Positions 21,329-31,900 of a stretch of DNA of 64,000 nucleotides are shown here, piece after piece. Numbering within the stretch: position 1 is the stretch's first letter; every line of letters starts with the position of its first letter. The position numbers and the translations under genes were made by a program. The stretch is from an uncultured delta proteobacterium (GTDB lineage Bacteria; Myxococcota_A; Polyangia; Polyangiales; Polyangiaceae), in contig CAWKKR010000008.1 of NCBI GenBank assembly GCA_963850305.1, positions 1,088,001-1,152,000 on the forward strand, in the 5' to 3' direction. The notes under the pieces are model-generated. The model made no database searches. It was not told the origin of the DNA and saw only the letters and a list, made by a program, of their open reading frames with translations.

Positions 21329-22798
21329 CTACGGCGCCGCCGAAATACACTCGTCCGCGTGAATTAGCGAATTGACGCCAGGCTGAACCAGCGTGTGCGC
21401 CGGATACGCCACGGTGAAGTTGAAACACATCTCGTCGGTCGTCTTTTCGCCGAAGCTGACGGTGTAGGGGTTCGGGTTGTCGAAGTGACAGGTCGTGAGG
21501 ATCGTGTCGCCCGGATTGATGATGGTGGGGAAGGTGTACTGAACCTGATCGTTGAAGTCGAAGGGCTCGTCGAAGAGCGTCTCCGTCTGATGCGTCGCAG
21601 CCCGCGTGATCGTTGCCGTCATGCGCGTCCCGAGCAAATGCATGTGCGGCCACGACTTGATGACGTGCACCGGCGTCGTGTTCGACGGCACGCAGTTGCC
21701 AGCGATCGGAGCGTCCTGAGTCGACGCCGGAATCGTGAAGAGATCATTGCCGAGCCAGGAGATGCCCGCGGTATTCTCGCGTGGGGTCTTGGCCGCGCAG
21801 ATTTCGACGCCGCTGTGGTCGGTCTGATCCACACCCGTGTAGTTGTTGTAATGAATCTCGAGGATGAAATCCCCCGTCCCGAGTCCCATGCCGACGGTGG
21901 GGGGCAGAATCCAGTCATCGCCGCCGGGAGCCCAGCCTGCGATCAACGCGCCATCCGGGTGAGCGCCCAGACACGCCGACGACGCGCCGTTCGTCTGCGT
22001 GTCCGTCATCGCGTAGAGCAACCAGTGGTGGAGCACCTGCGCGTTGTCGATCTTTCGAACGAAGGACAGGCCTTGCGTCGAGCCCTGAAGGTCCACGTGG
22101 TAGCTGAAGCACTGATAGAGATTGGATGTGCCCGCGGGCACGGGGAACGGCGTTCCCGAAGCGTCGTTTCGGGCAAGAATGTCGATGGGCGTGCAATCGT
22201 TGGGATCGGGCGGGGGGGGTGAGCCCGCGTCCGACGCTTGGACGGCGCCGCCGCCCCCGGTGACTCCGCCGGAGCCGTAGTTGTCCGAGCCGCCCGCGCC
22301 ATACGTATCGCCCCCGCCAGCGCTGCCCACGACGCCGTAACCACCGGCTCCTGTACCCGAGCCCCCGCCCGCCCCTTGCTGGACCTGACATGCGCTGCCC
22401 TGAGGCGCCCCCGCAGCTACCCAATTGTCCAGGGTCGCCATCTGGTCGGGCGCGAGCGGTATGTTGCCCTCCGGCATCGGGTTGTGCGGATCATGGATGC
22501 GCTCTCCGATCCGTTGCCAGATGGGCTCCTTGGTCGAATGATCCGTTGCGTCCGGATTGGTGTCGATGAGCTCCTGCTGCGTGTCCGCGTACGTGAGGAG
22601 CTGCATCGGGGCGCCGTAGAGCGGTGTTTGTCCGTGGCACGCGGTGCACACGTTGTTGAAGACGGTCTGAACCTCGCACGGAAGAACGCCGCCCGCCGAG
22701 AGTTCGGACTGCGACGGCGCCTGGGACGCGCCACTCGGATTGCACCCGCCCACGCTCGCGGCGATGAGTAGACCGAGGACCTTATGTCGCAACAACAT
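21329..22798 (-). CDS. lipoprotein: cytochrome c domain fused to copper type II (PHM/DBH-like) monooxygenase
   Basis: Lipobox VGGC, CTACH heme motif and MP, LHHWLL, EIHY, WPHMH, TTDEMC. Confidence 0.85.
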   Translation of the reverse strand: MLLRHKVLGLLIAASVGGCNPSGASQAPSQSELSAGGVLPCEVQTVFNNVCTACHGQTPLYGAPMQLLTYADTQQELIDTNPDATDHSTKEPIWQRIGERIHDPHNPMPEGNIPLAPDQMATLDNWVAAGAPQGSACQVQQGAGGGSGTGAGGYGVVGSAGGGDTYGAGGSDNYGSGGVTGGGGAVQASDAGSPPPPDPNDCTPIDILARNDASGTPFPVPAGTSNLYQCFSYHVDLQGSTQGLSFVRKIDNAQVLHHWLLYAMTDTQTNGASSACLGAHPDGALIAGWAPGGDDWILPPTVGMGLGTGDFILEIHYNNYTGVDQTDHSGVEICAAKTPRENTAGISWLGNDLFTIPASTQDAPIAGNCVPSNTTPVHVIKSWPHMHLLGTRMTATITRAATHQTETLFDEPFDFNDQVQYTFPTIINPGDTILTTCHFDNPNPYTVSFGEKTTDEMCFNFTVAYPAHTLVQPGVNSLIHADECISAAP

Positions 22799-22998
22799 GG
22801 AAGAGCTCCTGACAACACGCTCGCGCCAGAGGCGAGAGGTGATACGGCCGCGTACGTATTGATGGACCGACGGCGATTTTCGGTCAAGTATCCAAAATCC
22901 GTCAGCCAGCACTTTGAGCTCCCGCAGGGGGCGCGGCCTCACAGGCTCATTGAATAATTCTGTCCGTGCGAGAGAACTCGAGCCGTGCGTTCAGGGGG

Positions 22999-24156
22999 TC
23001 ACTTTTCGTGCTCGCTCTGCAGCAACTTGGCGATGGTCTGAAGCTGCATGTTGCTCGTGCCTTCGTAGATCTTCCCGATCTTCGCGTCGCGAAAGAACTT
23101 CTCGACCGGGAAATCCTTCGTGAACCCGACGCCACCCAGAAACTCCACGCACAGCGAAGCCGAGCGCTCGGCGACCTCCGACGAGAAGAGCTTGGCCATG
23201 GCGGCCTCTTTGATGAACGGCTTGCCGGCGTCCTTGAGCCGCGCGGCGTTGTAGACCATCAGCCGGGCCGCTTCGATCTCGGTCGCGACGTGGGCGTATT
23301 GAAACTGCAGTCCCTGAAAGTCTCCTATCTTCTTTCCGAACTGCTCACGTTCCTGCAAGTATCGCATGGCGTGGTTGAAGGCTCCCTGCGCGAGCCCCAC
23401 CATCTGCGCGCCGATCCCGATACGACCCTCGTTCAAGGTCTCGATCGCGATCTTGTAACCTTTACCGACCTCGCCGAGGACGTTCGCCGAGGGGACTTCA
23501 GCGTCCTCGAAGATGAGCTCACAAGTGCTCGACGCTCGAATGCCGAGCTTGTCTTCCTTCTTGCCGATGCTGAAACCGGGAGCGCCCTTTTCGACCAGAA
23601 ACGCGGTGATGCCCTTGTACCCCTTCGACGGGTCGACGTTCGCCAGCACGATGAAGAGGCTCGCCTCGGCGCCGTTCGTGATCCAGAGTTTCCGGCCGTT
23701 CAAGACGTACTTGTCGCCGTGCTTCTCGGCGCGCGTCGCGAGCGCGAACGCATCCGAGCCGCTGCCCGACTCGCTGAGCGCGTAGCTGCCAACCCACTTG
23801 CTGCACATGTTCGGCATGTACTTCTTCTTCTGCGCGTCGTTCCCCCAGCGCAGAATCGCGTTGTTGACCAGCGTGTTCTGAACGTCCACGAGCACGGCGA
23901 CACTGGGATCGGTCTCGGCGAACGCCTCGACGGCGAGGATCGCCGTGAAGAACGAGCTGCCCGCCCCGCCGAGTTCGGCCGGGACCTCGATGCCCATGAC
24001 CCCCAGCTCGAACAATCCCTCGATGATGGCCCGGTCCATCGCGCCTTTCGCGTCCATCTCCGCCACGCGAGGAGAAACTTTCGATCGCGCGAAGCCGACG
24101 ATCGCGTCTCGAAACATGCCTTCGTCGTCGGACAGAATCGTGAGCGGCTGGGTCAT
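22999..24156 (-). CDS. acyl-CoA dehydrogenase (short/branched chain type)
   Basis: ALSESGSGSD, NGRKLWITNG, KLGIRAS, GRIGIGAQ, IYEGTSNMQ. Confidence 0.95.
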   Translation of the reverse strand: MTQPLTILSDDEGMFRDAIVGFARSKVSPRVAEMDAKGAMDRAIIEGLFELGVMGIEVPAELGGAGSSFFTAILAVEAFAETDPSVAVLVDVQNTLVNNAILRWGNDAQKKKYMPNMCSKWVGSYALSESGSGSDAFALATRAEKHGDKYVLNGRKLWITNGAEASLFIVLANVDPSKGYKGITAFLVEKGAPGFSIGKKEDKLGIRASSTCELIFEDAEVPSANVLGEVGKGYKIAIETLNEGRIGIGAQMVGLAQGAFNHAMRYLQEREQFGKKIGDFQGLQFQYAHVATEIEAARLMVYNAARLKDAGKPFIKEAAMAKLFSSEVAERSASLCVEFLGGVGFTKDFPVEKFFRDAKIGKIYEGTSNMQLQTIAKLLQSEHEK

Positions 24157-24224
24157 GGCCCGTGTCTAGATGACACGGCGCTCGCCCGCAACAGGATCGC
24201 CCGCAGCCAGCGCGGGACTTCCCC

Positions 24225-24258
24225 GGGGGCCAGGGCTGCCAGGGCCCCCCCCTGTTAG
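24225..24258 (+). repeat. REP-like hairpin element (family copy)
   Basis: GGGGGCCAGGGCTGCCAGGGCCC matches 34021-34043 at 19/23; tail CCCCCCCCTGTTAG resembles 35160-35172. Confidence 0.5.
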
Positions 24259-24281
24259 TAATGGTAGAATCGCTCCGAAGA

Positions 24282-25409
24282 ATGCCCGGCAACACGTTTG
24301 GACAGGCGTTTAGAATCACGACGGCGGGCGAGTCGCACGGCCCGGGTAACGTCGTCGTCATCGACGGATGTCCACCGGGCATCCCCCTGACGTCGGAGGA
24401 TCTACGCGTGGACCTGATGCGGCGAAGGCCCGGTCAGAGTCACATCGTCACCCAGCGTAGCGAAGCGGACGAACCCGAGATCCTGGCCGGCGTCTTCGAA
24501 GGCAGGACGACGGGCACGAGCATCGCGATCTTGATCCGAAACACGGACCAGAAGAGCCGCGACTACGACGACATCAAGGACAAATACCGGCCCGGTCACG
24601 CGGACTACACTTACGACGCCAAGTACGGTTTCCGGGATTACCGCGGCGGCGGCAGGTCGAGCGCGCGCGAAACCACGGCGCGCGTCGCGGCGGGGGTCGT
24701 TGCCAAGAAGCTCATCGCGCTGGCGTTCGGCGGACGCGTCGTCGCCTACGTGAAACAGGTCGGCGATATCGTCGCGGAGGTTCCCGATCCGGCGGCGATC
24801 ACCCTGGAGCGCGTCGAGACATTGCCGGACGGGACACCGAACGTGATCCGGTGTCCGGACGCGGCGTGCGCCGGTCGCATGGTGGCGCTCATCGAGGAGG
24901 TTCGAAAGGCCCAGGACTCCATCGGCGGCGTCGCGGAGATCGTCGCGTGCGGCGTGCCAGCCGGGTTGGGGGAGCCGGTGTTCGACAAGCTCAAGGCCGA
25001 TCTCGCGAAGGCCATCTTCAGCCTGCCCGCCGTGCTCGGCGTGGAGTACGGGGCGGGTTTTGCCGCAGCCCGCCTCCGCGGCAGCGAGAACAACGACGCC
25101 TTCGTTCGCGACGCGGGTTCCCATGGAAGGGTCGTGACGGCGACGAACCGACACGGCGGCATGCTCGGGGGCATCTCGAGCGGCATGCCGATCGTTCTTC
25201 GGGCCGTCGTCAAACCCACCAGCAGTCTTTCGAGGGAGCAACCGACCCTGACGAGCGCTCTCGAGCCGACCACGATCCGCACGAAGGGTCGCCACGATCC
25301 CTGTCTCTTGCCGCGCTTCGTACCCATGGCCGAGGCAATGGTCGCGCTGGTGCTTGCCGACCATTGGCTCCGTCTTCGAGGGCAATTATCGTCTCTGCCG
25401 CATGCCTAG
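24282..25409 (+). CDS. aroC: chorismate synthase
   Basis: GESHG, RPGHAD, RSSARET, GGISSG, GRHDPC. Confidence 0.98.
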   Translation: MPGNTFGQAFRITTAGESHGPGNVVVIDGCPPGIPLTSEDLRVDLMRRRPGQSHIVTQRSEADEPEILAGVFEGRTTGTSIAILIRNTDQKSRDYDDIKDKYRPGHADYTYDAKYGFRDYRGGGRSSARETTARVAAGVVAKKLIALAFGGRVVAYVKQVGDIVAEVPDPAAITLERVETLPDGTPNVIRCPDAACAGRMVALIEEVRKAQDSIGGVAEIVACGVPAGLGEPVFDKLKADLAKAIFSLPAVLGVEYGAGFAAARLRGSENNDAFVRDAGSHGRVVTATNRHGGMLGGISSGMPIVLRAVVKPTSSLSREQPTLTSALEPTTIRTKGRHDPCLLPRFVPMAEAMVALVLADHWLRLRGQLSSLPHA

Positions 25410-25680
25410 ATCGCAGAATTCCCGACTCGTTCTCGCTGCCGCCGCGGGACTCGCGCTCGGCGCGGCAGCTTGCAAGACCAGCGCCGACCCGGCGAACTCC
25501 ATGAACGCCACGACCGCAGCTCCGACGCCAAGCACGCCAACGCACGGTGCGAAGGCGTGTTGCAAGGGGCTGAACGATTGCAGGGGCAAGGGCGGTTGCG
25601 CCGTCGACGGCAAGCACGAATGCGCCGGCAAGAACGCCTGCAAGAATCAGGGCGGCTGCAACATGCGCTGCCCGAAGTGA
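25402..25680 (+). CDS. secreted Cys-rich peptide/lipoprotein, bufferin (BufA2)-like
   Basis: Signal peptide ending AAAC, then CCKGLNDCRGKGGC and CAGKNACKNQGGC repeats. Confidence 0.75.
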   Translation: MPRSQNSRLVLAAAAGLALGAAACKTSADPANSMNATTAAPTPSTPTHGAKACCKGLNDCRGKGGCAVDGKHECAGKNACKNQGGCNMRCPK

Positions 25681-25715
25681 ACGACGGCCGCGCCGAGCAC
25701 CCTGGGCAGCGGCCC

Positions 25716-27062
25716 TCAGCTCTCGCGCTTCGACATCTCGGCCGGCAGCGGCGGCGGCGCGCTGGCTCTCCCGGCGGGGTCGGCCGGCAGCGGCGGCGGA
25801 GTGCTCGACGCTCGCGGTAACGGCGGCGGCACGCTTCTACGCCCGCGCGACCCCGTACTCGTCGCTGCCCGTGCTTGTGGCGCGGGCGACGCATCTCTTC
25901 GCCGTCGCTCCTCGAACAGGACGATCTTCATGAGGCCCGAGACGTCGGCGTCGCGAATGATGGGATCCTGGGTGTCCACGCTCGGGTCCAGCAGCTCGAT
26001 GAGCGCGAGCATCGCGGTGCGCAGCAGCGTCTGGTTCGGGAACGACTCGCGAATGCACGCTTCGCGCTCGTCGTCGTCGCTCACCGCCCACAGGTCGGCG
26101 TACATGCTCTCGATCGAGAGCATGATGGCCGTCGACAGGTTCGCGTTGCTGGGAGGCAGTCGGTCGATCACGCGCAGGCGCTCGATGACGCGTCGCCGGA
26201 CTTCGTCTTCGTCGCCCGTACGTGGCGAGTCGCTCTTCACCGAGACCGGTTCAGGCTCGACGGGTGCAGCTGCCTCGATGATGGCAGGCGGTGAAGGAAC
26301 CTCCGGTGAGGCCGCGGGCTTCGCGACCGCCGGTCCCACCAGCGCGGCGGGTTCCGCAATCTTGTCGAGCACGACCCGGTGCCACGTGTGATCCAGCGCC
26401 ACGTGCGACACGAGCGCAGGAAGCGGCACGACCGCCAGGAACCGCTCCTCGGTGAGTGGCGCGCCCGCGCGCGCCACTTGGAGCGCGTGCTTCACGACGT
26501 CCCTCACGTCGGCGATGGGCAGTGACAGCGCGATCTCGTCGAAGGTCATACCGTCCGCGACATCGCGCAACGTGATGAGCCCCTCCGACAGCGCGCATTC
26601 GACGATGAAGGCCAGGCGGCTGGCAGCGCGCGCGTGCTTGGATGCCTCGTCCTTCGTGACGTGGTGAAACTCGTCCTCCACCGCGAAGGCCCACAGCTTC
26701 TTCGCATCCAGGTACCTCACCTTGTCGTCCGCTGGATACAGGCCGACCAGAGCGTTCGGCGTGGTGGTCTGTTCGGCCAGGGCGAGCTCGAGGTCTTCCG
26801 TTGCGCTCGCGACCGATTTCTTGAGAGCGATCTTCTCGTGAGTGCCCGTCGCGGAGACGAGGACCTTCACGCGGAGCGCGTCGGCCTGCGAGAGCGAAGC
26901 GATGATCTGGGCGGGCGGAAAGTGTTTCAGAAAATCGTCGGAACTCCGGAAGCCGCCGGTGAGCGCATGATCGACGACACGCGACAAGAAACGCTCGCGT
27001 GCTTCGGACAGCTCGGAAACGTGGGGCTTCGGTAGATCCTCGGTGTCTCTCGGGGTCGGCAT
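25716..27062 (-). CDS. hypothetical protein with Pro-rich C-terminus
   Basis: 448-aa ORF with helical segments; TATTCT 7 nt upstream of ATG. Confidence 0.75.
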   Translation of the reverse strand: MPTPRDTEDLPKPHVSELSEARERFLSRVVDHALTGGFRSSDDFLKHFPPAQIIASLSQADALRVKVLVSATGTHEKIALKKSVASATEDLELALAEQTTTPNALVGLYPADDKVRYLDAKKLWAFAVEDEFHHVTKDEASKHARAASRLAFIVECALSEGLITLRDVADGMTFDEIALSLPIADVRDVVKHALQVARAGAPLTEERFLAVVPLPALVSHVALDHTWHRVVLDKIAEPAALVGPAVAKPAASPEVPSPPAIIEAAAPVEPEPVSVKSDSPRTGDEDEVRRRVIERLRVIDRLPPSNANLSTAIMLSIESMYADLWAVSDDDEREACIRESFPNQTLLRTAMLALIELLDPSVDTQDPIIRDADVSGLMKIVLFEERRRRDASPAPQARAATSTGSRGRRSVPPPLPRASSTPPPLPADPAGRASAPPPLPAEMSKRES

Positions 27063-27462
27063 GGGCGACAGAATAATCGGGGCGACGTTCCCGGGAAGCG
27101 ATCTTCCTTGGAGATCGACGCCGACCGTGTACGGACGAGCAGGGGAACACGCGCAACGTTTCCGTCATCGAGCGAAAACTGCACTCGTGCACCGCATCCC
27201 CGGCCAGCCGCGCGTGCCCGGCTCCAACTTCGGACAAACAGTGGCTCCGCGTCGCAGACGACGGCGACGTGGCACCCGAACGAAAATCTTGCCGGCCACC
27301 AACGACGACGCGCCGAAATTCCGCGTTGCCCACGGCGACACACACCCGACATCTCGGGTGGTCGTTTCCCGGCCCACTCGTCGGGAATTCGTCCGCCGAA
27401 GTCACGCGAACTTCACGACGTCAAAACCACGCGGACACGACGACTCGAGATACTTTCGTGTG

Positions 27463-28497
27463 ATGGACATTTCCATTCTCGAACTCGGCACTCGAACCTT
27501 TCGTCTTCTCCGTGCCGTGAAGGACTCGGACGGCGGAGCGGCCGTCTCGTGCGTCTCGAGTGAGCGCGTCGGCATCGAAATGAGCGTCGATGCGATCGGC
27601 ACCATCTCGCGCAGCGATGCGTCGGACGCGCTCCGAGTCATGGGCCGGCTCCTGTCGCGCGCGCGCCGACTCGACGGCGGACGACACGTAGTCACGTACG
27701 CGCCCAACGCGTTCGGCGGGGCGGGTAACGCAAGCGAGTTCGGGCACGCCGTGAAGCGTCGCTTCGGCGTCTCCGTCACGCTCCTTTCCCCGCGTGATTC
27801 GGCGACACTCCCCTATCACGCGACGCGACACGAGCTCGGACCGTCGCTCCACGAAGTGCGTGAACGCGAGCATCCCCTGGGCGTGGTCCACGTGGGTGAT
27901 CCAGCCCTCGATTTTGCCGTCGGCGCGAGCGCCATCCCGGATTTCACGGTGTCATTGGACCTCGGCGTGGCTCGTCTGCACCGCGCCGTCGGCGCAACGG
28001 AGCGAGGTCTCCCAACGACCGACGCGGCGGCGTTATTTTCCCTCGTGCGGCTCTCCGGAGGCCCCGCGTGCCGGAGAGTTCGTGAATGGGGCAAGCCCGA
28101 GGTCGCCTTCGGCTCGGAAAATGCAAAAGCCGTTCGTGATGTGGCACGGGCCTGGGGTTACCTCGACGCGAACGCGAACGGCCTCTGCAGGCTATCGCTT
28201 CACGCGTTGGTGCCGGAGATCCTCGCGGCGCCGCCCGACTTGCTCGTCGACATCGGAATTTTGCCGTCACGCGCCAGTCTGGTCGGGACGACTGCAGTCG
28301 TCATCGACGCGCTCTCGGACTTGCTCGGGCTACGAACGGTACGCTTCTCGGCGCACGGTCTGCCGGAAGGCGTCGCGCGTTCGATCTTTCTGCGCGGCAA
28401 CGTGCTCGAAGCCGGTCGATCGGGTGAACACCGGGTCGGCGAACCGGAAGCCGAGCTTCCGTCACGCAGCGGACACATGAGATCAGCGGCTCCGTAA
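27463..28497 (+). CDS. Ppx/GppA-family protein with degenerate active site
   Basis: ISILELGTRTFRL, LDLGVARL, GLPEG resemble Ppx/GppA motifs with catalytic residues substituted. Confidence 0.7.
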   Translation: MDISILELGTRTFRLLRAVKDSDGGAAVSCVSSERVGIEMSVDAIGTISRSDASDALRVMGRLLSRARRLDGGRHVVTYAPNAFGGAGNASEFGHAVKRRFGVSVTLLSPRDSATLPYHATRHELGPSLHEVREREHPLGVVHVGDPALDFAVGASAIPDFTVSLDLGVARLHRAVGATERGLPTTDAAALFSLVRLSGGPACRRVREWGKPEVAFGSENAKAVRDVARAWGYLDANANGLCRLSLHALVPEILAAPPDLLVDIGILPSRASLVGTTAVVIDALSDLLGLRTVRFSAHGLPEGVARSIFLRGNVLEAGRSGEHRVGEPEAELPSRSGHMRSAAP

Positions 28498-28530
28498 CAA
28501 TCGCCTGCTAGACATGGAGGGAGAAAGAGA

Positions 28531-28872
28531 ATGGATCGGTTGACCGTTACGTTCGGGGAAGGGCGGGGGATCGTCATTCCGCTGGAGGTCCGTTCTCCGG
28601 CAGAGGCAATCCCGCATACGGACGTGTCTGCGCTCCTTTTCTCGCTGAGAGTCCAGGTCCTGGAGACGGAAGAGCACCTCGAGGCGGACGATGCCATCCA
28701 GCGATTTCTCGTCTGCGAGTTCGACGGCGGTCCGCTGCGCTCACAGCGTCGCCGAGCCATCCTCACCAAGCTGACGTCGGCCCTGGAGAGCGTGGTCGCC
28801 CGAACGGAGGGAACTCGAGGGCCCGGGCTTGCGACGGCCGGGACGCGTGGGACTGCGCGCCACGCTGCGTGA
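28531..28872 (+). CDS. hypothetical protein
   Basis: 113-aa ORF with GGAGG RBS-like sequence upstream. Confidence 0.55.
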   Translation: MDRLTVTFGEGRGIVIPLEVRSPAEAIPHTDVSALLFSLRVQVLETEEHLEADDAIQRFLVCEFDGGPLRSQRRRAILTKLTSALESVVARTEGTRGPGLATAGTRGTARHAA

Positions 28873-28902
28873 CGATCCGCCACAGATGCGACGGTCTCGC
28901 CT

Positions 28903-31900
28903 TCAGTCGTCCCGCAGGCAGCGCGCGAGCTCCGATAGTGCACGGTCCGCGAGCTGGAGGCCGTCTCGAAAGGACTCCCCGTCCGCAACGCGGCGCGTGA
29001 GGCGCATGTCCGGCGTTACCTTGTAGGGCGACCTCTTCGCCGCGACGAGCTGCCCGACTTTCACCGGATCGAGCGGTGTGTCGTCGCGCAGGTGCAGCGT
29101 GACGCCCTTCGCCGCGGCCTCGCAGCCGAGGGCGCGAAAGCGACGCAGTTCGACCTTCAACCGCATGAGCTCGACCAGCCGGCGCGCGTCGAGCGGCGCG
29201 GGCCCGAAGCGATCTTCCATCTCCGCGGCGACTTCGTCGACCTCGGTTTCGTGGCTCGCGCTTGCGAGCCGCTTGTAGAGCGAGAGCCGCACGCCGACCT
29301 CCGACACGTAAGCTTCGGGGATGAGCGCGTCGACGTCGATGGTCAGCTCGGGATCCACGTCGTGCACGACGGGCTCGCCCCGTAGTTCGTGCGTCGCCTC
29401 CTCGAGCATCTGGCAGAAGAGATCGAAGCCCACGCTCGAGACGAAGCCGCTCTGTTCGCCGCCGAGGAGGTTCCCCGCGCCCCGAAGCTCCATGTCGAGC
29501 GTGGCGACGTGAAATCCAGAGCCGAGTTCCGTGAAACGCTCGAGGGCCTCGATGCGGTAGCGCGCCTCGTCGGTGAGCTGGCTCGGCGGCGGTACGAGGA
29601 GATAACAATACGCGCGCTCGTTCGACCGCCCGACTCTGCCCCGGAGCTGGTAGAGCTGCCCGAGCCCGAAGAGATCGGCGCGATCGACGATCATCGTATT
29701 GGCGCGCGGTATGTCGAGACCGCTCTCGACGATCGCCGTCGACGCGAGCACGTCGAACTTCCCCTCCACGAAGTCGAGCATCGTCTGCTCCAGCGCGCCC
29801 TCGTCGAGCTGTCCGTGACCCACCCCGACACGCGCTTCGGGCACGATCTCGCGTACGCGGGCCGCACGCTCGTAAAGCCCTTCGACGCGATTGTGGACGT
29901 AGAAGACCTGGCCGCCGCGCGCGAGCTCTCGTCGGATCGCGTCACGGACGATACCGTCGTCGGGCTGCGACGCGATGGTTCGGATCGCGCGCCTGTCCGC
30001 GGGCGGCGTCGTGATCACGCTCATGTCCCGCAATCCGCCGACCGCGAGCTGCAGCGTACGCGGGATGGGCGTCGCCGTGAGCGTGAGCACGTCCACGTTC
30101 GCCTTGAGTTGCTTGAGTCGCTCCTTGTGGACCACGCCGAAGCGCTGCTCCTCGTCCACGATGACGAGCCCGAGGTTCTTGAAGTGCACGTCCTTGGAGA
30201 GCACGCGGTGCGTTCCGACCACGATGTCCACCGAGCCCGCGCGTAGCCCCTGAACCGTCTCGAGCTGCTCGGCCTTGGATTCGAACCGCGACAGCACGCG
30301 GATCGCGATGGCGAAATCACGCAGCCGCCTGGAGAACGTCAGATAATGCTGCTGAGCGAGCACCGTCGTCGGGCACAGCAGCGCCACCTGGCGCCCCGCC
30401 ATCGCCACGCGAAACGCGGCGCGCAGAGCGACTTCCGTCTTGCCGAAGCCCACGTCACCGCACACGAGGCGGTCCATGACCCGTTCCGACGTGAGATCGG
30501 CGAGCACGTCCGCGATCGCGTTTGCCTGGTCCCGCGTCTCTTCGAATGGAAAAGTCGTCTCGAGCGCCCGGTAGTCGTCATCCGGCGGCGGCAGCGGCTC
30601 CTTCTTCGACCCGCGACGCTCGGCATAGAGGCGAAGAAGTTCGTCGGCCATCTCGCGGACCCGCCGCTGGACGCGCGCCTTCGTCTTGGCAAAGGTCTGG
30701 CCACCGAGCCTGTCGATCTTCGGCGCGCCGCCGTCCCCCGCGTACTTCTGGATCTGATTCAGCCGGTGAACGGGCAGAAAGAGCTTGTCGCCCCCGGAGT
30801 ACTCCACCACGAGAAGCTCGACGCTCGCACCGCCGACGCTCTTGCGTTCGAGTCCCAGGTATTTGCCGATGCCGTGATCGACGTGAACGACGTGGTCACC
30901 CTCCGACAGCGCCCGCAGATCCTCGAGCAGCGCACGCGGGCTCCTCTTCTTCTCCGTCGCGCGGTGCGCCCGGTGTCCGAAGATCTCTTCTTCCGTGACG
31001 AGAACGAAGCCCTCCGCGGGCGCCACGACCCCGCGCGCAAGCGAGCCGACGACGAGATGAATGCGCGACTCGTCGCCCGTGCCGAAGGGCGGGGCGATCG
31101 CGACGTCGCGGTGCGACAGGAGCGCTGCCAGACGCTCCGCCTGCGTGCTCGACCGCGCGGCGATGACGACCGACAACCCGTGCTCTTCCCAGATGGCGAG
31201 CCGCTCGATCAACGGATCGAGCGCACCCTGATTGCCGGCCGTGCTTCTCGCGGACGCCACGGCGCGCTCGAGGTCCGCATGGTCGCGAGCCGCGAGTGAA
31301 GGCACGTCTTCGGGCGTCACCTCGAGCGCGGAAAGGTGGCTCGCCTCGTCGCCACTCACGCCGAAGCGGTGAAGCGCCAGCGACGTGCGTCGAGCGAGCT
31401 CGCCGGCGAAGTCTTCTTCGGTGGCGTACAGCTCCTCGACCGCGAAGTGCGGGCTGCCGCCGCGAAGGGTCGCGCCTTGACGCGCCCCTTCGAGCTCCTC
31501 ACGAACCGCTCGGACCACGCGCGGCGGTTCTTCGATCACCAGGATCGCATCGCCCGGCAGGTAACTCCACAGCGGCTCGAGCGTGTAGTACGCCGGCAGA
31601 TAACCCTCGCCGCCGTAAAACTGCCGGCCGTCGGCGACGTCGTCGGAGAGGCGTCGCGCCTTCGCACTCGGCAGGTTCACCGAGTCGCAGAGCGCGCGCA
31701 TCGTCCCGCGCGCTCGCTCGCTCGCCTCCTCCGTGAGAATGGCTTCGCGCGCCGGCGGAAGCCAGACCTCGGCAGCGGTCTCCTTGCCCGTTCGCTGCGT
31801 CTCGGGGTCGAACGGCCTCAGCGAGACGATGAGATCGCCGTAGAGTTCGGCACGCACCGGCGATTCGAGCTGCGACGGCCACACGTCCAGGATCCCTCCG

